Shown here one piece after another: positions 47,301 through 59,111 of a DNA stretch of 64,000 nucleotides. Source of the stretch: Tubiluchus corallicola (taxonomy: Eukaryota > Animalia > Priapulida); assembly GCA_030141605.1 (NCBI GenBank), contig JAQGDQ010000167.1, forward strand, positions 87,877 to 151,876. Direction: 5' to 3'. The notes below the pieces were generated by a model, which saw only the letters and a program-made list of their open reading frames with translations, was not told the origin of the DNA and ran no database searches. Within the stretch, counting starts at the first letter, position 1; each line of letters begins with the position of its first letter. The position numbers and the translations under genes were made by a program.

Positions 47301-50300
47301 ATACAGTGTTCCCTCACTTATCGCAGGTGTTCCGTTCCAGGCTCACCCGCGAATAAGTGAAGCGATAAATATTTCACATTAATATTTTTGAAAACCCGTG
47401 AAACAGCGAGTCCGCGATAAACTAACCGCGAAATAGCGAGGGAACACTATAATGAAAATTTTGCATAAAAATGGATTCAGCATACAGTTTTACCTACCAA
47501 AGCTTTGTGTAAATCTTTAGGTTGCACGATTTAAATTTAAAGAGTGACAAAAGCCAGAAACTACTGATATACAAGACACAAGAATTACTTACTAGCTGCA
47601 CGTAACTAATTTGCCTTTCTTTTAGCTCTATGAGACGATCCAGCGCCACTCTAGATATCGGGAAGGCCACTCCCTGTAAACTTTGAGCTTTCGTGTCTAC
47701 AGCATGATGTTGCATCTAGTAAAAAAGTTCAAAAGTGAGAATGAAACTATAGCACATAAAATAAGTTTTTGAAATTCGTCATCAGTGGCGGGTTGTGTAT
47801 AGGTACTGTGGTACTGCAGCATCCCCTGTTTTCACTCAATATTATCAATAATATTCAATATAATAGCACCCCGTGTAATATTCAATATAAGTCTATTTTC
47901 TTTAGTTCTTTCCCTATACTTTTGCGGAACCGGAGCACATGAGGGTAGTACAATTTGGTTCACAGCCCAAGCAACGTGATGTTTGGCTGCTGTGTGCATG
48001 AGGCCATGTGCACATGTTTGAGATAAGACGCTGTGCTTTAGATAGAAAGAGTACTGTCACACACTGCAGTATGTGTTGTCAGTTGTCACGTGTTTAAAAG
48101 CCGTGTATCGGCATATTCTTGAACTGTGACAATTTAGGCTATTCGTAAGAAAACAATATTTTTTGTTTATGAGTTTATCAAGGTTATGTTTAATTAGTTA
48201 GTTTGTTTAAAATTACAAATTACAACATTAAAATTACATATGTTTGTTTTGTTGTACACAGTATTAAAACAATGGCTAAAAATGTTTAATTTTGCAGCAC
48301 CCCCACTAATTTTAGCTATGAGTCGCCACTGTTCGCCATCATCAAAGCAACAATGAACGAAATGAAATCATGAAAAAACAGAGCTGGAACAAAAGCAATA
48401 GTAAGTAATGTAATCTGTACAGAATGAACGATGTGTGGCACATTCTTTCCAAATTAATTTGGATTAGTTCATAAACTTCACACAAAGTCAAAAACATCTC
48501 TATCACGGAAACCTGCCACGCTACATCTGTGTATACTTTTTTCTTCTGATATCACGCAAAAAATTCTGTCTTTCAAGAGCGTATTTTTAACAGTTTTAAT
48601 CAACTAACCTATATGTCAAATACAACTGTGCTGTCAACATCAAAATAATGCAAATTTAGAATTCAAAAACAACCCAAAATATAGAATACTTACACACAGC
48701 ATATTATATAGCAAACTAGCGCATTTCTTCCACCAGTTCTTATTAAACTAATTTCAATGCACTCCCATAACTTCAATACTAACTCTGCGAAACAGTGCGT
48801 GATAAATATTAACAAGCCTTTTCACAGTTTCATTGTGTGCATGCGAAGTTTCTGTAGGTCAAATGTTAAGTGTACAACACTCTGTAGGTCAAAGGTTAAG
48901 TGTACCACACACATGCGAAGTTTCTGTAGGTCAAATGTTAAGTGTACCACACACACACAAAGTTTCTGTAGGTCAAATGTTAAGTGTACAACACTCTGTA
49001 GGTCAAAGGTTAAGTGTACCACACACACACAAAGTTTCTGTAGGTCAAATGTTAAGTGTACAACACTCTGTAGGTCAAAGGTTAAGTGTACCACACACAT
49101 GCGCAGTTTCTGTAGGTCTAATGTTAAGTGTACAACACTTACACAGTTTCTGCAGATCAAAGGTTAAGTGTAGTACACACACGCGCAGTTTCTGTACGTC
49201 AAATGTTAAGTGTACAACACACATGCAGTTTCTGTATGTCAAATGTAAAGTGTACAACACACATGCACAGCTTCTGTAGGTCTAATGTTAAGTGTACCAC
49301 AGAAAGGATCTTGCTTGAGAAGAAAAAATGAACTAGGTTAGGTTCTAGTTAGCTGTTAAAACTGTTACTATTACAATAACATGGGTTGTCAAGTGTACAC
49401 AAATGAGTTGTCTAGAACACTTAACCTTTAACCATCATCAATCACTGAAACTGTGAAAGGGTTTATTCTTCAAAATCTTACATTTGCCACAAAGTGCAAT
49501 GCTCACATATGGATAAAAACTAAATCACAGCAAACAAATACAATGCAGCAGAAAAAATATATAAAAATTTTACAACCGGTGATTGTGAATTAACTAGCCC
49601 AAAAGTAATCATAGTTGTTTAGATTTGCAAGAGAACTTGCCTCATCAATTCGCAGCCTGGCTAACTCTTCCTCCGCCTCTGTCATTGGTCCGGGTGCAGC
49701 TCGAATGTTCAAGTGTTTCTGATACGCTTCTAGAGACATTTCAGACTGCAAGAAAATCACAAAAACATTTTGACAATTCACTTTGTGACTTTAGCACTGC
49801 TGTTCATCGACAATTACTCTCTGAAAAACAGTAGCAATAAAAACTAACTGACTTGGATTGGGAATATTATTAATAGCTAAATGTGCTTATGTTCCTAATG
49901 AACCATGCAAGTTTAAACCAAAGTTAGATTTTAATTTCCACAGCCCTCAGGACAGTAACGTTTAATTTACGTATCTTCAAACTTTTCATACCTAATTTCC
50001 AATGTTATGCTCCCAGGCCATTTTTTATGAGATTCGCACATTGCCTGGCACAGCAGGTTGTTTACATTAAATTTTGGCTGATCGTATACATAACAAGCTA
50101 ATTTACTGGTGGAAGCAACGGAAAAAAATTTAAAACTTCTGACTGGAAACTATAGTGGTATCGGATTTTCTGGACTTGGTCCTAATAGGGCCAACAACTA
50201 ATTCTGAAAGAAAATTACGATTTGCTATGATTTATAACAATATGTGAAATATGAAATAAAATTTACAGGTTGGATATAAAAAGCATCGAAATAGTCGTTT

Positions 50301-53300
50301 AAGTCAACAAATTAATTATTCGGTCAAATGAACTGACGTTTCGATCGAAATTAATCATTTTCAGCATTTTTAATGTTCACAGACTTGTATTCACAAACAG
50401 ACTGGGCATAGAAACACTGTCAAGTCAGCGAGCACTCAAGAGCAATCCTGAGAACAGCGCAGATCATCATTCTCCTCCAGCCAATCGATCAAATAAACGA
50501 TCACACAGCGAAAATTGATATGGACTTTGATTGTAATAGCATGCCTTAATCTGTTCAACATGTTGTATATCAACAAATCATTAATGTTTCTCTTACTGTT
50601 ACCTTTGATGTGGCAAACATTTCATCTTTAATATGAACTAGCCCAAATTCCATCTTGATAGTCGCCCTGGTGGCAGCATACAGCATCTTCTCTCTCACCT
50701 AAAACAAATGAACTGTATTTGAATTACGGCAGGTAGTATTAATACAACTGCAAACGGTTGCACAAGATTCAGTGAATACTTCATTTTTTTTACACTTCAA
50801 CTGCAAAATGGAATCCAGCAGTAAAGGCAGGGCCTACTCAATGAGAAGGCCATTGTGTGACTGGAGTTTGGCTCACTATTAAGGATATTCATCTAAGATG
50901 AGTCGCTGAACTGGAAAGGGCATATCAATCATATTGAGATATACATGCACCTTCCCTTTGCGAGATAAACAAACCAAGGTTTATTTTACACAGTGAGTTA
51001 GTATCGAACACGTCATTCACATGAAAGTGCACATGCGTCTGTCCACTCGGCATTTTGTACAGTGTTCCCACAGAAATTTATAATAAATTTCCCCGACTTT
51101 TCCGTGACCAAAATAAGCATAAATTGCATTACCAGTATACATATTCAGACATTTTGTATGAACATTTATACATATACTGATATATAATGTGTCAGCACTG
51201 TTGTAATAGTCCTGATGAAGTCATACTAATCACATTAAACAAACTTTCTTAATCCAATCATTATTTTTGGAACAGAAATTGAAACTGGGAGCCTGCCATA
51301 GCAAAATTATATTTGAACACGAATCACTGAAAAATATGTTTAGAAAAATATCGGTTTGCAGTGATTATCTTTGCAACTCTTTCCTATTTCCCGACTTTTC
51401 AGCCCACTTTCATCATTTTCCGACTTTTTACCAAATTTTGACTTCCCTGACTTCTGACTTTTTCATGACTTTCCAAGATATCCTGTATTTTCAAGGATTT
51501 TCCCCGACCGTGGGAACCCTGTTTGTATAACTTTAATTAAGAACTTCTCAGACAGAGGAAGCCTTGCTGATTATTTAATATCCCCAGCAATTAGTCTCAA
51601 CAATCAATGACATCTGCATGCTCGCATGTCCTAAAACACAACATGTCCCTGCTGTTGAGTGTTGATTCCTAGAATTCCTATCTGCCCATTGTGCACCATC
51701 CTTCAAATCTAGTGCTGCATTTGCTGTATCCTTTTTCAGTATGTCTATATGCGTCAGTAGCACACTAGGTTTTTATTTGTTTACAGTTCTGACAAAGTGT
51801 TTTTAAAATGACAATAACACTTTTTTTATTTACATCAGCAATCAGAGACAGCAACCACTAAAATAACTTAGTCAGGTAAATAATATACTTGACACATTTG
51901 AGCTTAAAATGCAGAAAAAATTCTGAAGAACAATAACAAAAAGAATTTGGACAGTTCTACTTCACAACCAGCAAATGTTTTTTGTGTATTACAAGCAGTA
52001 CTGGCCTCAGCTGAGCAACAATTATGATTTGTAGTATTTGTAAACCTAGGTAACCTCTCGTGATTATCTAGAAGTTTTGCTCAGCCTGGCAGATTATCAG
52101 TGCCCTTTCAAGCTGTTGATTTAACTAAATATTACTAGAAATGTAAGGCATTTCAATTAATGAATGCTGCAGTAAGACAGAAAGTGCAGACCCATTCTCC
52201 AGTAACCAAGAATTAGTTTAAGTCATCATTTTTATAATTCTTACCGGTGATTCGTCTGGTGAATAAGCCAAGAACAACCATTGGTATCCATTCTCATTCT
52301 TCGTGTCTAATCGATACATTATGTAACAGGGCTGAGCTCGTTCCAATAGAGGTAGAACCATTGTGTTATAATGTGTACAGCATTAAGGAAAGCAGTAATA
52401 ATTCTGTTGCAACAACAACAAATACAAAAAAACAATTTTTTATACATTCGGTATTTGGTTAAGTTGGCATGTAGCTCTTAAATACGCAGCGACAGGTGCA
52501 ATATGTGGAATGCTGTGACGAGACAGGCATCTAGCTCCTTATCAAAGTTAATCTTCTAAGATAGAGACAATGAACAGCAGAAGTACCTCAGCCACATTTG
52601 GATCAAAACAGGTTTAGTGTTAAACAAACGAAACGAATGCAATTTCCTCCATGAGCTAAACAACCAGATATGAAACTGCACAGAGAGAATGTTGAATCTA
52701 GAGGAATGGTCACCCACCCGTTAGCTGACTAAGCTCAGTATTTGGTCGCCAAGCACACTCAGCTACTAATAACTCAGCTACAAAGACAATCACGAGGCCA
52801 ATGCCCTTATTATAATGTTTAATAAACAGGAAGTGACATGCCAGAAATGAAAAACATTTTACCATTTTTTACTAAAGCTCTTAAAGCACAAGACAAGAGG
52901 TACCTGAAGTAGGTTTCAGAAAAATCGACTCAAAAAATTTATATTACTTTATAGCAATTTTATGCATATATCATACTTGCGTTAAAAGAATTTTTTGTTC
53001 ATTTTCATTTTAAATTTCATTGAGCAATACTGTTCCGACTGCGCCATTACATGATGTCACTTATGTACAACGTAAATCAGGGTAAGAAAAGGAAATGTTA
53101 AACTATGTCTCAAAAAGTTTTCCATGCAAAATTATGTTAGTTAGCATTTCGCTTACCTGCTTGAAGGACTTCTGTAACTAGAAAAGAAAATTATTAATTA
53201 TTTGAAATGATTTCACCCTAATAGGTAAAATGCCGCTGACTCACCATCCAGGGTGCCCCACTCACTAACATTTTTAATCTTATTGACAAGATACAGTAAT

Positions 53301-56300
53301 TTTAAATTTTATTTAGTTAGTGATTTATTTAGTTAGGTGCTACAAATGTCCTCACTTTATTTTTCAAACTTTACACAATGTTATTTCAACTTGTTTCAAA
53401 TGACTTATATCGTCAAAATAGCTGCGTCTAACGGTCATAGCGGCAGTTCAAATTTACATGTTTTACACAGCGTTAATGCCGACATCAAGCTTAATATGCA
53501 AAAAGACAGTACGTAAGTGGAATGAAATTTCAAGACAAATTTTTTAAGTTTTATTTAAGTGGAGGATTTTCTTGTGCTTTAATGCCTTGGGATTGGAACA
53601 CGACATGTGTAAATGTCTTCAAAAAATAGAACTTGTGCCAAACAAATCCTTTTCTCTCACATTACTACCAAATTAGAATCTAGCGCATTTCAATCAATGT
53701 TCTAACTTGATAAGTGAAAACAGAAAAATTCTTTTTAAACAATACAACTGTTCACTTCACACTTTCAGATTTGAAAGCTATCGCTGGGCTGCACGTTTTT
53801 CATATAAACATTTTTTTAATAGTCTGGTTGTCATATGAATATCTGTACACATTTATTTAATCAAGTTCAAGTGGGTGTTTTGACCCAAGTGGGAAACTAA
53901 AAAATATTACTAACATACTATCTGAAAATATTAAAAGTAGTGAAATTTCTTACAAAGTTTATACAAAAAAAATCCTCATCATATGTACACTAACCTCGAA
54001 AAAACCCTCGCAGACTGATAAAAAAATAAACAAAAACAAAAAATGAAATATAAAATAACGAGTTTACAAAAAAAAATTGATAATATTAGAACTCATTAGC
54101 TATAACGAATACACATATTAATTTTGTTACAAGGAAAACCGCAGATATCAGCCAAATAGGTACACAAACAACAACTGTAAACAGACAATAACACAAAGGA
54201 TATCTTTATCCCACGAAGACTTTGCTTTCTCATTACCATCTAGAACCAGTTTTTCTGTAAACAAACCAAGTTCACTAACACTGACAACAATTCTACCAGC
54301 TATCACTACACAATACATATTAATTTATCATTAATTTAGCATTTTATCCATGCTATACATTAAATGATGATTATCTTTCTGTGACATAGTGCTCCATGCA
54401 TTTTAGCCTCTTTTGCATATAAAAAGGCATCAAGGCTCCTTTGAATACATGATTACATCAATGCTAATCAAAAAGACCTTTTCAATGCTGTCTTGGCTTT
54501 ATTGTGCAAACAAAACAAAATATGAGAAAATGCAGATTAGTAATTTACTGCGTGATTTCTGAAAGTTTAGCACTATTAGCCACTTGTTAGTGACTGGATA
54601 GGCCACCAATGATAAATTTGATGGTGAAATGTAGTGCATATCAATGTTATCTCAATGTAGTGTTTATCATCTTAAAGAAACAATGTATGTTATTATATGT
54701 GTAACTTTAAATGAAATGAATAAATCTAATCTAATTTAATCTAGGTGACAAAACTTTAAAAATGTAAACAAATGTATAACACGTTAACTTCAACAGGAAA
54801 ACTGATGCACAAATATAAAATTGATCGGCAGCTCAGTTGGTTTAATGTTGGCATCTGCCAGTGGAATGGCTGCCGAAATATTGCAGGATATTTGAATATG
54901 CTTTTTCTTGCAGTTTCTTCACTATAGACAAAATATCAGTCGACTCAGTTCAGCCATTTTCTAAATATGAATAAGAACTACGTCTTGCCAAATAAATTAA
55001 AAAAAGCTCTACTTATTAAGTAAAGATGCAAAAAAAGTAAAAGTTTAATTAAACCGTTACCTGAAGCTATAGACACCTTAACGAGTCGATGTTTGCCTCC
55101 ACCTTCCTTCACCTTCGCAAAGAAATGCCGAAGCTCTTCAGATGCTGAAGTTTAACAAAAATTCTGTTTCACTCTACCGGTTTTCATTTGCTTTTCAACA
55201 TTAATATTTAAATTTGCATTTGGAGAGGCAATTCCATTTGGAAAAGCATGTCATGTAAAACGTTAACAAATTGGTTAGTAACACATTCGACAGTGAGAGA
55301 GAAAAATATACCATCTTGGAATGTTATATGATTCAAATCACGGATGCTTAATAAGTCTTTTCATGGTTTCGCTATGCGCACGCGCAGTTGCTGTAGGTCA
55401 AAGCTTAAATGTGCCACAGCAATGCATCTTAACTACAATCGTCACATGACATGTGGGTAAAGCAGAACCGTCTGCCACATCAGTTCCGTAACTTCAGTTA
55501 TTTTACATGGACTTTACTTTATTATGCATTAGTCTGTGCATAGAGTGATTTACTAGAAAGGTCTTGCTTGGAAAAAAAGAGCTAGGTAAGGTTCTAGCTA
55601 GCTGTTACAACTGTTACTCTTACAACAGCATGGGCTGAGAGGCATTGTCAAGTGTACACAAATGTGTTGTCTGATATACTTAAACTTTGTCATATTGGCT
55701 GCTGTAGTGCTGCATAGCCTTATTTAAACTCAGGGTCTTGTCATATTGGCTGCTGTAGTGCTGTGTAACCTTATTTAAACTCGGGGTCTAGTCATACTGG
55801 CTGCTGTAGTGCTGTGTGACTTTATTTAAACTCGGGGTGTAGTCATACTGGCTGCTGTGGTGCTGTGTGACTTTATTTAAACTCGGGGTCTTGCCATACT
55901 GGCTGCTGTAGTGCTGTGTAACTTTATTTAAACTCAGGGTCTTGTCATATTGGCTGCTGTAGTGCTGTATAACCTTATTTAAACTCGGGAGCCTTGTCAT
56001 ATAGGCTGCTGTAGTGCTGTATAATTTTATAAGTTTGAGTCTGAAACTATCTGAAAGCCATGAACTAGATATTGCACTCCCCACTTGCAGATGAAAACAG
56101 GAAGATTCCACAAAATCGACTTAGCGGCTTCATTATCCAAAAGCTTTACATCACTTTATTAAGCCTTAAATCTGTCGCATTGGTATTATTGCAGTAGTTA
56201 GGTCCAGTCGCACAATCCTGTTCTATGTGCCATATTTCCAAATAATTGCCTTTGCATTACCTGCTAATGCCAAGGAGGGTAGATGGGTAAAGAGATGAGA

Positions 56301-57292
56301 TGGTGTATATCAGTACTTGATCGCATTTTGTGCATTATCTTGTAGCACTAGTAAAATTATTTTTCTGGACGAAAAACTACATAACTGGTGAGGTAAAGGC
56401 GTTGATCAGTCAAGTGAGTTTTCTGATCTGATCTGATCTTAGTTTTTTCCACGATGCCATTCGACCTCCTATACCCGTTAACGGCTTCCAATCACTGATA
56501 CTTGATCGGATCGAGGTAGCTCATATGAAAATAAGAATGCAAGTTAATACCAATACCATCAGAAAAACAAAAAATGTAGTTAATGAAATTGCGACCCCAC
56601 GAAGAACTAATATACCGCATTTAGAGCGAGAAAACCCAGTTTCACTTTCCAGAACAAAATGATGTAAGGAGAGACTGAGGAGTAGACCTGCTTACATAGT
56701 TTTCATGAAAACAGCACTGTTTAAAAATAGTGTTTGGACTAGCCCACAACCCCACGAAAAGTGCTTCGTGACCACAAGGTAGGGAACCCATGCTCTAGGG
56801 TTTTTTCACCACCCTTTCTTTAAATACTACTAACTTATTTTGCTAGGTACTTGATTTTTTCGTGTGTTACAAGAGATAAAATAAATTTATCTGAATCTGA
56901 ATCTATCTAAATAATGCAGAGGAGACAGTCGAAATGTGCCACTGGGATGTGATACCGTACAGGAAACTCTTACTAATCATAGTTAGATTTTTTTTCATTG
57001 TGTTCTATGAAATATTCATTCAATCACTGCCAAGTAGTCGAAAGTTATCTACAGGGTTCTACAGATTGATCAAATGAAAACTAAAAATATATGTTATACA
57101 GAAAAAGCTAGTTATGAACTTATAAAAGTAGTTGCAGCCTACAGATACTAGTACTACTAGTAGTAGTAGTACTAAGTAATACTACTGTTACAACTTGACA
57201 AGTGATGTTTACAATGCAACCAGATTTTCAATAACAGTTACAACCGATCTATTGTATTTATACTCACCAACGATTCCTGTTTGGTGTGACAT
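44341..57292 (-). CDS. TWF: Twinfilin (two ADF-H domains plus C-terminal tail), 341 aa, ten exons
   Basis: Exons 57268-57292, 55061-55144, 54204-54254, 52245-52372, 50603-50698, 49641-49745, 47593-47715, 46546-46696, 45792-45913, 44341-44481 (1026 nt). Motifs [69 protein letters not shown]. Requires one AT-AC and one GC-AG intron. Confidence 0.95.
47304..47449. mobile_element. Short pogo/Tigger-like MITE
   Basis: TA|CAGTGTTCCCTCACTTA ... TAGCGAGGGAACACTA|TA. Confidence 0.7.
47783..48331. mobile_element. hAT-like MITE, unexpanded sister of 40666-41454
   Basis: CAGTGGCGG...GTCGCCACTG termini; 8-bp flanks TTCGTCAT/TTCGCCAT. Confidence 0.8.
48811..49467. mobile_element. MITE family A, copy 3, with internal tandem expansion
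   Basis: Family termini present; the motif tctgtaggtcaaa(t/g)gttaagtgtac is repeated about 12 times at 48838-49300. Confidence 0.85.
51060..51521. mobile_element. MITE, sister of 36466-36906
   Basis: CAGTGTTCCCACAG ... CCGTGGGAACCCTG; body alignable with 36466-36906. Confidence 0.8.
52373..54203 (-). other. U12-type (minor spliceosome) AT-AC intron in twinfilin
   Basis: 5' site ATATCCTTT (54203-54195), branch site TTCCTTAAT (52390-52382), terminal CAC; removal restores [14 protein letters not shown] in frame. Confidence 0.93.
55350..55689. mobile_element. MITE family A, copy 4, right end missing
   Basis: Left terminus and body match the family; sequence runs directly into the 51-bp array. 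Confidence 0.8.
55687..56022. repeat. 51-bp minisatellite, about 6.5 copies
   Basis: Unit gtcatattggctgctgtagtgctgtgtaaccttatttaaactcggggtctt; starts at 55690, 55741, 55792, 55843 and so on. Confidence 0.92.
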
Positions 57293-57954
57293 AATTTCAA
57301 AAGAATTTAAAACTTTTTAACTTTTACGAAGAAAATCCACCTGCTAAGCGCTATCTCATCTGCTAACTCAGAAACCGGCTAAACTTTGACCCAAACAGGA
57401 TGTCTGTGTGCTGCCATCTTCTGACTGTTCGGGATAAAAAATGCACAAGTGTGAGTCAACATGGCCCATATACTCTGGCCTATTAGCTGGCATGAATCAC
57501 CAAGAAATCATCAAATTGATGTCAGCTATAAGTCCTGCTGGCCCTTGGGGGTCACACAGTTACTAGAAAACGTTTTATGATTAACCTTATTTGTCAATTA
57601 TTCTATCTCTTTTATGTCAACCTATATATATATATAATATAAAATATATTAATATATTTCGTTACCTATTTTAATTACTCCAGTTTTTCGTGATTCAAAT
57701 CAGTACGTTCAGTGCAGTTGTCATTAAGAAAGGACCCTGTACCATTTTGTTGTTTTTATTGTTGTTCTTACCCAGTTTTGGCCTGTGCAATACATATGAT
57801 TTACTGATGATACCTTTTAGAAGTTACCCGTTAGAAGTTAGATTGTAGTCTTTAAAAAGCGTAATCAGTGATAATCTTACTAAAAAGTACATCAAAGACA
57901 AGCAAAGCATCAGGTTGAAATTATATTCAAAAGTAAGCAATTATTTTGAGCAAA

Positions 57955-57960
57955 TTTATT
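57955..57960 (-). terminator. Candidate polyadenylation signal of the KMT2E/SETD5-like gene
   Basis: AATAAA on the minus strand about 1.15 kb downstream of the stop at 59112; position plausible but untested. Confidence 0.4.
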
Positions 57961-59111
57961 AAAAACAAATTTGCAGATACTCAGTTTGCATAATGTATGC
58001 ACACCAAACATGTGCAAAATAACAAAAAAAGACTTGTGTAACATTCAACAAAATAGAGAAGTTGCTAGAATTTGCCTCTAGCTTAGGCTAAATATGTGAA
58101 GCAGGTCAGTTAGTGAGAACTTTACGAACTTCTCACCTGAAACTTAAAAAATGTGAAGCATTTTAGAGAGAATGTACATATATATATATATATACAGTGT
58201 TAACAACGAAAGAAATGTAAAATAAACTTAAATAGAAATCTCATTTGAATGACAGCTCAAAAATCCAGGTACAGCCAAACACGTGTTTACGTGTCTAGCA
58301 TCACACACTAACATTATAAAGATCACAAAAGTAGATTTATAGCCACCAGGAGTTTTACCTTTACATTAGTTTCGTTGACAAGCAGCAAATATAATGAATA
58401 GATTCTGACTGGAAAATGTTGCAAGCTTTTGCGCATTAAGCAACCCCTCCACAAATTTATGTACAAAATACTCCTTTAAATACAGTCTTGTACATATACA
58501 ACTTTACATAGAGATTATATTTAAATACGCATGCCTATCGTACAATAACTATGAATCACTTAAAATGACAAAATTTACAAATGCAGTTAATAAGCCAATC
58601 CAACTAGTACTGTATTAATACTCCTCGTTGATTGAAACAAGCGTAGGTCGAATTTAAAACAAAGTCGTGACTAACCGAACCATCACATACAGTACCACAT
58701 TGTTTACAACTGTTACTATGGAAACCTCATCAGGTTTGGCAGCTATTCTACCATCGATCTCTACGCTCTACTGTCAAATCTGAAAACTGCTAGCAAGTAT
58801 TAGAAAAAAGAGAGAGATGCAAAATATGAAACACACGGCCAACAAGTACATGAATACATAGATAATTACAAACTTTATATGCACTATATTATATTACTTT
58901 AGGCATACGTGCAGGCCATGTTAAAAAGTATATTCATCAAACTATACAGTATATGATACAAGCGAATACATTTCTTTTCAGCAGACTGTGCTAAAGTTAT
59001 CTTTCTTAAAAGTTAAAAAATAATTAATTGCATATACAGCCATCGTACTGAAATGGTCGGTACGAGTTTATTAAACAAATATATATACAGAATGAAACGT
59101 ACATCCAATTA

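Noticed and set aside
58748-58779. Extra terminal exon of the KMT2E/SETD5-like gene (DLTVERRDRW-stop)
   Set aside because: The preceding exon already contains an in-frame stop and no convincing matching donor was found.
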